A stretch of 64,000 bases of DNA from Microthyrium microscopicum (taxonomy: Eukaryota). A program made the position numbers and the translations under genes. Position 1 is the stretch's first letter. Every line of letters begins with the position of its first letter. Below the pieces are notes generated by a model that was not told the DNA's origin, made no database searches, and worked only from the letters and a program-made list of their open reading frames with translations. Location: positions 1,866,070 through 1,930,069 of the forward strand of contig MU004236.1 in assembly GCA_010405405.1 (NCBI GenBank), given 5' to 3'. Positions 25,935 to 40,180 of this stretch are shown here, piece by piece.

Positions 25935-27850
25935 GACTGCGATATATTGTCGGTTCGTTGGATAGAAAGAAGATTGTTGAGACTAGTTGGAGACCTAATA
26001 GAAGAGTCCTGTGATGCTACTAGATAGAATCAAGTAAAGCCGGAACGATTGCTTTATATCCATTGGCATTGGAACTCGACTCGATGGCAGATAGCCTTTA
26101 TCCACCGGAATTCCAAATTTGGGTTTCCCGATCATTTTCACCGCTGACATATTTGATTGAAAGACACTAAGGCTTAGACAATGTCGAGGGTCCAAAACGA
26201 CTCCAAGCATTTGATGCGTCGCATAATTACCACAATGGTAAAAGCTTGTGGAGATATGGTGCCAAATCAGGGGTGAAAGTAGTAGGATACGATTTGAGCC
26301 GCCAATGAGACGAGACCTCTGAGAATCTCACTGTGAATATTTAGTACGCAGATAAAGCTCTAGAACGGTCAAGTAGGACGGATATAACAATGCAAATACA
26401 TGGGATAGAAAATAGGAGCTATGGTCTAGGGTGGCTTGTCTTGGGTGGTGTTGTTGATTCCTCATCAAGATCTGGATAAGAAAGGGTTGAAATTAAGGTT
26501 CTTACTGGACCCGGCTCACCATAAACACGATCCTTATGCACGGCACAACGGCTTAGGCATCATTTTCTCTTGGCTAGTCTGGGAGTGAATCAGTGAAGTC
26601 GGCAATCGACACAGCCTCACAAGGCGACCAAGAAATGTGGTTTGGAATCAATGGCTTGGAAAAATTGTCCGCGCAATAGGTATGACACTAAGTAGCTAAC
26701 CTTAGCTGCTTTGTGTAAACTTAGACTTGACTTGTAGTAGTAGCCGTAGATTTTATCGATTAAACCTGGGCTTTTCAATTCCATTAGAGCAACACCTTTT
26801 TCGTTCGAGCGTTCTATATATTCGCACATTCTACAAGTCGAACTCCGAACTCAATGCGAAGGAGAATGACTTGCAACTCAACGCACCTTTGCCCACTTCT
26901 TTAGGTCAGCTTTTCGACTTTTTGAATTTCGGAGTCGTTATTTTCTGGCTCGATAAAGCACAACGAAATCGAGTGGATAGACCATACGCAATTTTCATTT
27001 TGTTGAGAAGGACTGGAAATCAGAACTTCTAGCAAATACTGCTTCGAAGCGAGAAAAACGGCCATACTGGGGAAGATGTAAACAACCTAATTCATGCACT
27101 GGAAGAGACGATTTGGACCGATCGAGAACAGGAACGGCATCAGGTTGTTCAGTGACCGACGTGTTGAAGTCACAGCTTGTTCACGAGAAACAACGGTTCA
27201 CTTTCTTTCAGATGGCCAAATGAATCAGTATTCTTGAGCTGCAAGAGATCAATGAGTTATGCGATCCAAGGTAAAGCAAAGTTTCCATTTCACCAGTAGG
27301 GATTGGGTACCTATGAGAGACAACTGGGAGTTTCTGGTTGTCCCGCAAAGCTGATGGAATGCAGAAACCAAACGTCCAAATCCTAGAGTAATGAAGAAAA
27401 TTCCTAGCAGATTAGAAGGCGGGAAAGGAAAATGCGATTGGTTGTATGAAGGGCGTTCATGGACACGTAAAATAAGGCTTGTTGCGATGGACCAAACAAG
27501 AGACGGGATTTGGCAAAAGATGAGAGAATTTGCAAACTGCAGAAGCAGATCGGGAACTGAGAGGGAAAAAAGCTGGAGGCTGGGGAGTGGGAATTGGGGG
27601 AAAGCGCGAACGAAAGCTGGAGCAGGTGCGGGTGGCTGGAAAACCAAAACAGAAGGAAGGTTCGCTCCACTCTGCGCCGCTGTGCTCCTTCCTCACGTCT
27701 TTCGTCCACCTCTTGTCGCGACAACAAAACACCACAACCCAGCATCCCCTCTACAATCTCGCACCCCTCCCTTTAACTCATCCGATCTAAATACTATTTA
27801 CTTTCGGTCGCATAACTCTATAGCCTTCATCGCTATTCCAACATTTCACT

Positions 27851-28977
27851 ATGACGACCTGGTTAGCCAAACACAAGAAGAGCGAGCTCCAAGCCCTAGC
27901 TAAGCATGTTGACATCAAGTAAGCTCCCCCCAGACGCCACCACATACACTTGACATGATCTAATCTTGCGCTTTATAGGAACACCGATGGGTTGTTGAAA
28001 GACGATCTCGTCAATGCTATCGACGAGCACCTACGCGCCAACTCATCAAAGTATTCTGGCGACAAACTCCTCGCCGAGTTCTACGAACGCGGTGGCTCGC
28101 CAGCCAAGAAGTCTCGCGCGTCCGCCTCTGTCGATGCGCCAGAACCTGAAAAGGCCGAAAAGAAGCGCAGAAAGACTATCGTTAAGGACGCTGCCTCTCC
28201 GTAAGTATTGTCGCATAACTATGCCAGCGCGCAAATCCGCGCGTCACGTCGACGTCACTAACATCATTCTCCAGAGATGCTTCTTCTTCTGCGCTCATCC
28301 CGCGCACACCAGCTTCACTGCAGCGTCTCGCATCGCGTGTGCGCCTGCCAAACTCGCCTGCTCTGAGTCGCGCTGTGTCAAATCAAAGTACTTGGGTGTC
28401 AAATCAGTACAAGTCGCTTGTGAAACAGTCTGGAATCAAAAACAAACTGCCAACTGTCAGACAAGAACTAAGCACCATCAAGGTTGTTCACCTGCTCATC
28501 TTAATCTTTGAAGCTGTTGGACTAGGCCAAGCAAAATATCCATTTGGCAAGAGAAATCTCAAGGATCTCTCATTTGGCCCAATCGTGTTTCCTACATATG
28601 ACTATTATGTCCCCAACATCTGGAACTTTCGCCAAAGCGAAACCTGGTCGGCAAGCTTTCTCTGGCTCCTCACTAGTCTGATCGTACCTGGTGCCGTCTC
28701 GTACCTGATCAACCTGACATATGCCAATCCCCGACCCAAGACACGGAGAACACAGCCAGCGCGTCAATTTGATCCTCTGGTTTTCAGTATCGTAAAGGGT
28801 CTCCTGGCTTGGGTTATTTTCCCTCTTGGTGCCACCTTCACTTTCGGGGGACTTTTCAGTCCTGCCACTGTCACCAATGTCAATGCTGCTATTTATGGTG
28901 GCTACCATACCATGTTGATCGGTTCTGGCATTGGGATAATCACTGCCCTGTACGATGGACTGAGCTTCAAGTCATGA
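27851..28977 (+). CDS. Conserved fungal membrane protein, putative GTT3 family
   Basis: Spliced N-terminus MTTWLAKHKKSELQALAKHVDI..LKDDLVNAIDEHL, then TM segments with WLLTSLIVP..SYLINL and FDPLVFSIVKGL. Family assignment is from memory of this pattern. Confidence 0.7.
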
Positions 28978-29737
28978 TTCGAGCCCAGTTTGGCTTACTT
29001 GTTGGATTCGCGCGCGTTTGCTTCATTTGCTTTTGTGTTTTGGTCTCTTGTAACAAGATTGGAATGATTGACTGTACGACGGCGACTTCTTGATTCTCGT
29101 TTTGGAGGGCGGCTGGAGTCAGTCGGCGTTGATGGCGTTGCGCCTGATACCCGCGCCTAACGGCACACTTTGGGGGGGCATTGGCTACCGTTAAGAACTA
29201 TGTCCTTTGGAAGACTAGGATGGATTGCAGGATTGCATGGGGTTTCTTCCGTTTCCAGTTACGTATTTCTTGTTTTTTTCCCAAATCTAGTACCCAGTCT
29301 TCGCTTTTGGTTCTTGTAATGGAAACTTACCGTTTGTTTGTTCATTGATAAAAAGCTAGTCTGTCAAGTCTGTCCAATTGAAATGCTCGCAAATAAGCCT
29401 TGTGCGGAATATTTTCCGCGATCACCTCCACTTTCTCTCCGCAATATTGCTAGCGTCCTCGTTTATAGCATGGATCGTGGTCTTACAGGCGTGTTTGATG
29501 CATCTGATCTGCTAGGTTCGGGGTACAGGAAGGCACGATGAGGTCGTTTGGAGCCTTTCAGACGGGACTGGATCCGTGGATCGAGGTTTGCCGTTGGACT
29601 GGAATGCTTATATTCATAGTATTCCCTTCATCTCAGCTACAAGAGTTCTTCCCGGCCATACCAACTAGGCAACAACTTTATCCAGCTATACATCACCAAG
29701 TACACAAACAGGTTGTACAACTACATCACAGTACGCC

Positions 29738-31437
29738 ATGCTTTCACCTGTTGTAGGAGTTGCGATTCTATCAGTGCTATACGTTCTCTGGAAGTATGTC
29801 AATGCTACAGAACAACCTAAAATCAAAGGACTACCAGAAATCCCAGGCCTTCCACTTTTCGGAAGTCTCATTGAATTGGGTCAGAATCATGCAAAGGTAG
29901 CTCAGAAGTGGAGTCAGAAGTATGGTCCCGTCTTCCAAGCAAGACTCGGAACCAAGGTATGTTGTCAATTCCGCACACCTGCTCAGAAGACTGACATCGA
30001 TACTAGAGAATCGTATTCGCCAATGACTTTGATTCTGTTCGTCATTTATGGATAACCAATCAGTCAAGTCTCATATCTCGACCAACACTACATACGTTCC
30101 ACTCCGTTGTCAGTGACTCGTCCAATTTCACCATCGGAACTTCTCCATGGGATGAAAGCTGTAAACAGCGACGCAAAGCCGCTGCCACAGCACTGAATGT
30201 CCCTGCTGTAAAGTCATACATGCCAATCATAGACTTGGAGAGCTATGTCAGCATCAAAGAGCTACTTGAGAACAGTCAAGGTGGAAAAGTCATGGTCGAT
30301 CCATGCGCTTACTTCCAACGATATGCTCTCAACACCAGTCTCACACTCAACTATGGCTTCCGTATCACTGGAGATATCAACGACAAGTTACTCACAGAAA
30401 TTGCTGCAGTCGAGCGCGGGATATCCAACTTCAGATCTACAAGCAACAACTGGGAAGATTATGTACCACTTCTAAGACTGCTACCAGGAAGAAAGGCGAG
30501 CCCACTGGAGTTCAAGCAGCGAAGATCAATATACATGGCGAAACTCCTCAACATGCTAAAAGACAAGATAGCACGCGGAGAGGACAAGCCATGCATAACA
30601 GGCAACATCCTCAAAGACCCAGACGCAAAGCTAAACGCAGGTAAGTCCTCCCCCAAAACCAAACCACCCAATCTCCCATATCACCCATAACTAACACCTC
30701 TCCCAGCCCAAATCGACTCCGTCTGCCTAACAATGGTATCCGCCGGTCTAGACACCATCCCCGGCAATCTAATAATGGGCCTCGCCTTCCTCTCCACCCC
30801 CTCCGGCCAAGCAATCCAAGCCCGCGCCCACCAAGAAATCACCACCGCCTACCCCAACGGCGATGCCTGGCAAAAATGTCTCGAGGAAGAAAAGATCCCC
30901 TACCTGACAGCCTTCTACAAGGAAGTGCTGCGATATTGGACCGTTATACCGATTTGTCTACCGCGCGTCAGTATTAAGCCGATTACGTATGGCGAGTGTG
31001 TTATACCGGCTGGCACGACATTCTATATGAATGCGTATGCTGCTGATTATGATGAGACGCATTTTAAGAATCCATATGAATTCAATCCGGAACGGTATCT
31101 GAAGAGTACGGATGGCGGAGGCGACGGAGGAGCAGATGGGGATAAGGTATCCGGGACACCACATTATGCCTATGGCGCTGGTAGTCGCATGTGCGCGGGC
31201 AGTCATTTGGCCAACAAGGAGCTCTATGTAGCTTTTGTGCGTCTCATTTCCGCCTTTGAGATTCGTGCGTCGGAGAAGGTGGAGGATGCGCCGGTGATGG
31301 ATTGTTTGGAGGCGAATGCGGTGCCGACGAGTTTGACGATGGATCCGAGGGCGTTTAAGGTGCAGTTTGTGCCGAGGGATGAGGAGAAGTTAAGGGGGTG
31401 GATGGAGTGGAGTGAGGAGAGGGCGAGGGGGTTGTGA
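29738..31437 (+). CDS. phacA: Cytochrome P450, CYP504 family (phenylacetate 2-hydroxylase-like)
   Basis: ISRPTLHTFHSVVS, FTIGTSPWDESCKQRRKAAATALN, MVSAGLDT, KEVLR, PERY and heme motif YGAGSRMCAG. Two introns. Confidence 0.88.
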
Positions 31438-32439
31438 TGGGTTGGAGGATGGGATGGTGGTTGTTTGTGATGATGGGTTTTGGTGATTGGTGAATAATGG
31501 CTACTGGCTTTCGTATCTTGTTCTCATGTATATGGATAGGACAGCGCTTTGAAATTGAGCGGTTGCTAAATTTAACGCATGAAATGAAGGTTCGAGATGA
31601 GTTACTCCAGCCTTGTAAACTTGATATGTGCCAAATTTGCTGTTACGAAATTGCGTACACCGCTAACGAACGATTTTCTCCCTAACAAGAAACCTGCTAT
31701 CAACAATGGCAGATTCAAGCGATGTTCAGAGTACAGCTTGACAGATGCTCGGCTCGATACAATGCATGTGGTAATTGAGAAATGAAGCAGGTGATTTATT
31801 GGCACAAAATGTTGGCCAAGGCTTCGTGGTGCATCACTTGTTGCTGATGAAAACAGTCGAGAGCATCGCAATGCGTAACAAAGTGCAGCTGGATTTTATA
31901 CCGCATATGGTTTCAGTGGTTTGAGGAAATGTGAAGCTTTGAAGGGGAAAGTCATGCCAGCTTGATGCTTCGTGCATTTTGATCGTTTCATATGACTGGT
32001 TTTTAGCTCAGGCCACATGCCCGATGTGGTCTTCAAGAACGAAGATTTCATGAAAGTGACATGTCTGTAGGTCCGTTTTACCTACCTAGGTAGCATTGAT
32101 TTGCGATTTCTACTTGAAGTGCATTGGGAGCTAGAAGAGTGTCACCATACCAATCCATGATATATCTGATTATTGAAGACGGCACTCAGGAGACAGGACT
32201 GGGTGCTGAACCTCATAAGCCGCAGCATAACTCCTGGACTACTAATCAAGATTGAATCCACCGCCAGCCGTGAACAAACAAGACACTTTACAAGTATCCA
32301 CTACTTGCTTGGGAATATTTTGATTCCAAAGCTGGCGGGAGTGTTACCAGAACTCGATGTTGCCACACTACCGGTATCTAGTGCGTCCATCCATTTGGTA
32401 GCATCGTCAGAATCGCCCTTGTAACCATGGATTGAAGAT

Positions 32440-35400
32440 GGTAACCACTAAATATCCACAGCCTTTTTACTAAATATCCACAGGCCCTTTTACTAAATAT
32501 CCACAGCGCTAACAGATCCAGATATACTAACCCAAATAGGAAATAAATATAAATTATTAAGTATTATTTCATAGGTTAAACCAAAAACTAGTGCAAAATA
32601 TCAAAGTTTTTACTATAGATAAAGCCTACGAGATTAGTTTAGTAGATTAACTCCTATGATAGCAATTTTATACCTAAAATATGCCTCTAAAGAGATCTAT
32701 CTCTTCTGTATCCTATTACTATTTTTATATCCTCTTACATCTATTCTATATCCTATCTTAAAGCTATTTTTAGTAGTATTAGTAGTTATTATATAGAGGG
32801 TCCTAGTAGTCTAAAGGAAGGTTATTTAGTAGGTCTTCCTTACTTCTTTTATAGAAGTATTAATATTATAGTATCTTCTTCTTCTTATTATTCTTTATAT
32901 AGTCTTTCTTACTTCTATATAAAAGGAACTAGTATAATAGTAGTTAAAGTTATAGTAGTGCTATCTTATAAAGTTATCTTAGTAGTAGTAGTAGATGTTA
33001 GCAGAGGAATTAAAGCTAAAGCTACTCTAGAAGTAGCTAACTATTGCTCTAATCTTATAATCTAAGCCTATAGTTTAGCGTTCTTATTATCTACGATTTT
33101 AGTAGTTAGCTTCATAGATCGTTAAGGGCAAGCTTACTATAGATTAGCTGTAGGATTAGCTATAAGACTAGTAAGATCTACAATATCTGCCTCTATAGCT
33201 ATAATATTAACTTGACGTTACTTAGCGAGTAATTCTTCTTCTAAAATTAACTAATTATCCTATTTACCGTTAGCTACTTTAGCTATAGCTATAGTATCTA
33301 CTACTATAGTAGTTCTTCTAATAGGAAGTTTATATAAAGATAGAATTTAACCTATTAAAGCTTATAGACGTTAAGCCTATAATGCTAAAGAATATTTGCT
33401 AATAAATACCTATATTAGCGGTAGAATTTATAGAGAAGAAGTAGAAGCTTATTCTTTAAGTCTAATAATATATAGTAGTAGAGGAATATTACTAACTCTA
33501 AACTTAATTTAATTGTAGTACTAGTACGTATTAATATTAGTCTTTTAAAGCTACTATTTATTATTATAGAAGAGATATTCTTTAATTATATAGCTATAGG
33601 GTAATCTATAAATAGAATTAAAGTATTTAATATATTTTATTAGTAGTTCTTTACTTATAACCTCTCTTTTCTATTTATAATATTACTTTATAACCTCTTT
33701 TAAGACGTAAGTACTAATATAATAGTAGAATAAGGAAAGAAGAATAGGAAGATTCTTTTGCTTTAAAAGTACTAGATTCTTATTAAAATCCTTACTAACT
33801 TTAAGAATTAGACGCTTAATTTGCTCCTTAATAGCTTTAAGGATAATATTAACTATATAAAGTATATCTCCTATAGAATAGATTTATAACTTTAAAATAT
33901 AATAAAGACCCTCTAATAGTAATATTGTAGTACACTCGTAATGCTTAAATTTAAATAAGAATGTAAGGCATAATTAATCTTTAAATGGTATCTAGGTATT
34001 ATCTAAATATTTAATAAATCTATAACCCTAAGGATTATTAAATTGCTATTTTAAGGCGTTCTATACTTTATCTAGCTAAGTCTCTATTAGGGCGTCTATA
34101 ACTTATAAATTTATTAGTAAAATAACTATCTAAAAGAGGAAGATCTAGCTTACCTCTAGCTATATGTTATATACCTTATCTTATTTTTAATATATAGTAG
34201 ATTTAGCTATACGATTAAAAGCGTTAGTAATATTAAAGATATTATAAATATACTCTCTAACGTTCTCCTTATAGTAGTATTAATAGATTATTTAATAAGA
34301 AGGAATATAATCTTAAAGCGTATTCTTTAGCACTTTATAAGAATTAGTAAGAATAATATTTAGAAGCTTTATTATAGAACTAGGGCCTTAAATAACCTAA
34401 TTAAAAGCTTTAAGGGCCTACTAATATTCTTCTTCTAATTTCCTTGTTATAAAATAGAAGCTAACTAAGAAGTACTTATAAATAGCTATTCTTATACTAA
34501 TATAGAGTAGTAATATCTTATACTAATTAGTCTTATATATTAAATTAAAGAGTAAGATATTAGGATAAGCGTAATAGAGAGCAATCTACGCCTTTATAGT
34601 AATAAATAGGCTTCTTAAATAGCAATTATTAAGGCGTATTTTAAAAATAAACTCTTTATATTATTCTAATTTATTAAGAAGTATTTCTAAGAACGTATAG
34701 CTCCTTATTTACTCTAATCTTATAGTTTAGTAAGAGTTATAAATATTAGATATCTTAAGCTTTATTCTAGAGTATAAATTCTAAAGTTTAGTAAGAATCT
34801 CTTGCGAGTTAGTATAAGTTTTATATAACTCCTTAATTTTAGTATAAATATTAAAAAGTAGTATATCTTAGCGTTAAATAGAAGGAATAGAAGTAGGAAC
34901 TAAGGAAAGGTATAAATAGGAATCGCTATTAATAATAATCTTCTATAATAGCTCTCCTAGTAGAGTAGGATTATTAGTAAAGTATATATCTTAAAGATAT
35001 AGTTTAAAGTAATAACTATTCTTTCATAATTTAGCTTAATGAATGCTAATTAATTTAGAGATATAGATACTATATTTTAAGTATTTTAGATAAATATTTT
35101 AATAGTTAGTATTAGTACTAGCTAAGAGCAACTTTCTAGAGATTTAAAGTCTATAACTATACTCTTTCTTATATTTTTTATATATATTAATAGTATCTTG
35201 CTATATCTCGTATAGGATGTTTGTTAGTAGATCTTTAATAGAATCGTAATCGTTTATAGTAGTAGTAGTAGTTAAAAATTAGAGTAGTAGTAGTTAAAGA
35301 CTTAGAAGAAATTTAAGATATTATGGTAAAGAGGTGAAGTTAGATAATTTATACTAGTAAGTTATTTTAGTAAAATAATATTAATTTTAGGTTAAGATCT

Positions 35401-35534
35401 AGGGCTATGGCCCTAAGGCTAGCTATATTAGGTTAGTAGTAGGGTATCATATTTAGATCTATTAGCGCTATGGATATTTAGTAAAAGGGCCTGTAGATAT
35501 TTAGTAAAAGGGCTGTGGATATTTAGTGGTTACC
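32440..35534 (-). mobile_element. Mutator-like (MULE) DNA transposon, RIP-inactivated
   Basis: TIRs of ~95 bp starting GGTAACCACTAAATATCCACAG with three internal ACTAAATATCCACAG-type repeats. Perfect 9-bp TSD ATTGAAGAT (32431-32439 and 35535-35543). Minus-strand remnants KHYECTTILLLEGLYYILK (~33945-33890) and RLPYSY (~33615-33595) revert by transitions to MULE-like HYGxTTSxLEGLH and SWIM-type GLPCSH. Confidence 0.93.
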
Positions 35535-36208
35535 ATTGAAGATATAGAATTTGTGATGACAACAATTAGTGCGATTCGAAAATCAGGACAGAAAGCTCGG
35601 GCTCGAGCGCCGTCCTCCGTTCCTCGTCTCTTACGTCAACTTAGCGATGGTTTTCTGAGAGTAAGCTTTAATCGTGATAAGCTCTATGTGCAACTGATGG
35701 GGCCGATTGTCCCTTAGTAGAATGTTAGCAATGGAGAGATGAGATGAAGTAGAGAAAGCAATGTCTTGGCGGACGAAACAACTGTCTGTGCTTTTTGAAG
35801 TCAACTCCAACTTCGCGACGTGCCAAGCGCTGACAACACCAGTCCTTCGCTGCATTGGCTTGATACGAAATGATTAAGAACAATAGTAGACAACTGCACA
35901 AGATGTCAATAGCTATCGCGAGGACTGAGGATACGCGCGACTGAAGAGTCTCGAGCCTCGAGGTTTACCAGCTTCTCGCCAACAGGCTAGACTTGAGTAG
36001 TATCGAGTATCGACGATTTGACGTTGTCCATCAAGCTAGAACCCGGTCACAGTCAAGCCTTTGAGAGTTTCGTTTCAACCTTTCTTCCTACAAAACTTAG
36101 GACCAACTATTTGGCTCTAGGGAGGGCTCTGCGTTCATTGACACGATTTGTGCTCCGCTTGGTCAGACTCGAACGTCCTACCATAGCTTATCAGGAGCTG
36201 CAGTCAAT

Positions 36209-38686
36209 ATGCTTACTCCCTACCTTGCTATTACGGTGCTTCTTTGCATAGCAGCCTTCTTATTCCGTAGGTTGTCCCTGAGACAACAGGTCGCTCAAGT
36301 AAGCACAGCACTCAAGTGAAGACATTGCAAAACTCACTCGGCAATTATAGGACGATAAAGTTATTGGCAACAAGCATGGATGTCTTCCTCCTCCAGTCTT
36401 CAAGAATCAATGGCCGCTTGGTGTCGACCGCCTGGAGCAGCTCTTTCGAGCGAATGCGGAATCTAGATTGATGGAACACTTTCTAGGCAACTTTCGACAA
36501 ATGGGGAGCACCTTTATGACATTATTTCTCGGCAATGCTGGATATGCTACGATGGAGCCAGCGAATCTGGAAGCTTTACTTTCTACAAACTTCAATGGTA
36601 TTTTTAATGAAACTTACATGCTCTAACATTTGGCGGACTAACTTCTGCTAGATTATAGTATGGGGTAGGTTCATTTTTCAATTTGTCTCACGGGGCTGCT
36701 GGGGTGGTTCCTCCATGATTTTATGATTCAAATCATAATACTTCTTCAAGAAAAGCGTGCTTCATGTTCGCCGACCGCAAGAGAAGTCCAGATCCTTCAT
36801 CGCAAACGACGCACTCAATGAGCAGGCTAATGATTGACATCGTGATTGACGGAGACATCACCCGAATGCAATCCCCTGACGCTGGGGCGACGGGAAATCT
36901 TGCGTTACCACGCATCGAGCAAAGCTTGCTAACATTTCGTTCCGCAGACCAAGACGCGAAGTGTTCTTTCCCATGTTTGGTGATGGGATCTTTACCCAAG
37001 ATGGACAAGCATGGAAGGACTCCCGGCAAATTTTGCGTCCTCAGTTCATGCACAGACAATACGAAGATCTGTCTATATTTAAAGAGTCGGTAGATGATTT
37101 AATAGAGGCTATCGACAAAAACCTTGATAGCGAAGGAGTTGTAGATCTTCAACCACTATTCTTTGGGTTTACATTGGTAAGTGACTTCCTAGCAACAAAA
37201 CCACGACTGGGTCAGAAATTTCTGCCTTGTATGTTGATAGAACGTCGGCATCTACAGAAATGCAACCTACAAGGGCCTTGTTTCTTGAAATTGATACATA
37301 CTGACAACTGTTAGGACACGACGACTGCCTTTCTCTTTGGAGAATCTGTGCGTAGCTTGAAAGCTTCCACATCAACAGGAGATCAAACCTTTGCAGAAGC
37401 ATTTAATATTGCGCAAGACTATATCGCAAAGCGCATGCGACTGGTGGATTTGTACTGGCTCATCGGAGGAAAGAAATTTAGGAAAGCCTGTCGCACAGTT
37501 CATGAGTTTGCCGACAGTATCATCGACCGAAACCTTTCCCGAGACCGTACTGCTGGAGATCAAAAGCAATTCGTGTTCCTTGACTCGCTCGCCGAACACG
37601 TCTCCGATAGAATTGCCATCAGAGGACAGATTATCAACATTCTCATTGCCGGTCGGGACACCACCGCCTGCCTGCTATCTTGGACATTGTGAGTGTCCGA
37701 GAATGGAATTACTATAGTATGGAGTATTGCTGACTATTATTGGTAGCTTCTTACTGGTTCGACATCGAGAAGTACTACAGAAATTAAGAGCAGAAATCAA
37801 GCGGTATCTCGTGCATGACTCATATACGAGGAAAGATCTTCTTGACATTAGATACCTGCAAAATGTTCTGAAAGAAAGTAAGCTATGAACTCGATTACCT
37901 AAGCTTTAAACACTTTTGCTCACGTAGTCTATCAAAGCTCTACGACTTTACCCATCTGTTCCTGTCAATACCCGCTCTGCAGTGAGGACGACTATTCTTC
38001 CAACCGGTATGTACAGAATACTGCGCACATCGATGCGTTGCAATAACACTTATCAGGTGGCGGCCCCGATGGTACTCAGCCAGTTCTCATTCCAAAAAGC
38101 ACCGGAGTTGCTTTCAGCGTGTACGCCATGCATCGCAGACCAGATTTGTATGGTATGGATGCAGAGTTATTTCGACCCGAGCGATGGGATGAACCCTTAC
38201 CTATGGACTACGATTCAATCAATGCTAAATGGGGGTACCTACCTTTCAATGGAGGCCCAAGAGTTTGCCTTGGCAGTCGGTATCCTTACCAGATTTTGTG
38301 TCAATAAACTGACGGATCGTAGTGGACTTTGCCCTGACAGAAGCATCGTATGCTGTGGCTCGTATTCTTCAAGAGTTCCCTAGGTTAGGACTGCCACCCA
38401 ACGAAAAAGTCGATATAGTGGTAAGTAATTGCAGTCTTACTTTGCTTAGCAAGCCTGTGGAGTAGTCACTAACCTGTATCGACCTGGACTGGTCCAAAAT
38501 TGGGAATTACCTATTCTTGATTTCGTTCATCCTGCTAATTCAGAAAAATATGACACTGCTCCACAAAGCTTGAACTGTCTGGCTAACAATTTGTAGGGAG
38601 TAGAGAAACAGACCATGACTCTTGTAGTCTCGATAACCGATGGCTGCAAAGTACAGATGACAAATTATGAAGCCAAGCACCGATAA
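36209..38686 (+). CDS. Cytochrome P450, CYP52 clan (alkane/fatty-acid hydroxylase-like), many introns
   Basis: TM anchor MLTPYLAITVLLCIAAF, WPLGVDRL, EPANLEALLS, FGDGIFTQDG, AGRDTTA, LRLYPSVP, FRPERW, PFNGGPRVCLG. About 10 introns including micro-exon DYSMG. Confidence 0.88.
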
Positions 38687-40180
38687 TATCTTGTTTCTTG
38701 ATCGATGTTCTCGAGAAAAGGATCAAAATGCTCAGCAGAAGTAATGGACTACAAAGCTGCCAATCTCTCTCGCGGCTAGTGCTCTTGACTCACAAACGAC
38801 TCTGGCCTAGTCTATTAATTTCACAGCTTCCTATTTTTTCTTTTTGCTCTGCATTTGTTAGGTCAAGCAATGTATTCGTGTAACGGGAGCCGGCATCAAC
38901 GCAGCTATACCAAGAAGACACAAGGCATATAGGAAGATTCAGACTTTGTGGCACGAATTTGATGCCCAAGAAGATCAGCGCTCTCGATTATGTACAGATA
39001 CAATGCCACTGAGGCATCATCCTCAGAGCAGTCTCTGATATGGCCCGGATCTAAGTCCAGCTGCTCCCCGATGAAGCATATCAGTAAGTTCGGTTTCAAT
39101 AGCACACAATGTCTGTAACATTTCTCCAAGACTCCCACTCGTCTTCTAGAGCTGCCAGCTACTCTCCGGCTAAGTGTATCTGTCTGGATAATGTGACAGC
39201 AGCTACTGCTCTTGAAGCAACCATCGCCAAATCCGTTCCAAGTCTACTATAGTGACCATCGACGGAAATAGTGGAGCATACTTAGGTAAATACAATACTA
39301 AATGACAAGGCTCAGACTTGTTTCCTTGTAGCGCCAGTGACGTTTGTTTGTGACCACATGAATGTCTTCAATGTCTACTGACAGATTGCTTAGAACATGT
39401 CTTCGACTTTTTCTAGATTTGATTGTGTATCCAAAGATTGTTTTGTCTTTCGTATCAGTAATGCAAAATACCAGGTATATATTCAAAAGTTGGGAAATTC
39501 CATATAATACACCACCTCACAGTGTCTCTCGGTGTGTTCTAGGGACCTATCATTTTCAATACGTACTCCGAGACTGGGGCTATCGCCGCAGTGTCTTCAC
39601 AGGACAGGCCTGGTCAGCCTAGCCGGCAACTACCATAACTTTTAGCCTCTTTGGGACAGATAGTTGTGTTAAACTCGCGGGTCATACCAAATGTGATGTT
39701 GACTTTTTGTTTTTATTGTTGTAGAAATACTGGAATTCGTCATGAAAGCTAGAAGAAATTTTACCCTACATTGATCGTTGTTGACGTCGGTAAATCGCCA
39801 TGTACAACCCGACTTTATAGCCAAGCATTTTCGAAAGAGCCGCACTAGGCCAGTTTGGGACACATATATTGCCTAGAACGGAAGGAAGACGCTAGGGATG
39901 CTTGCCCCACCAGCTTGGATGGACATCGCTCAAAATTGCGCACCAGTTAAGAGTCACCCAACCAGTTGCCACAAGCGAAGAATCTCATCTTTCCAACATA
40001 GAACTCCACGAAGCCCAGTTCACTCGCATTCATCGCCGCGCCAGCCAAAGAGTCAAAGTTCCTTCACTGTCCAATACGGAGTACCCCGCTTGGACTTGCG
40101 CTCCACTACCTGAATATCGCAAACCCAATACACTATCACCCACATCCTGAACATAAGCGTAACGTCTTACAACCGCCATC

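Noticed and set aside
26617..27903. Short overlapping ORFs of 60-170 aa
   Set aside because: No recognisable domains; consistent with promoter and low-complexity purine- or pyrimidine-rich sequence.
17791..38686. Possible secondary-metabolite cluster (two MFS, hydrolase, two P450s)
   Set aside because: No PKS, NRPS, terpene synthase or pathway transcription factor is visible. The genes are interspersed with unrelated ones, and CYP504 is a catabolic enzyme.
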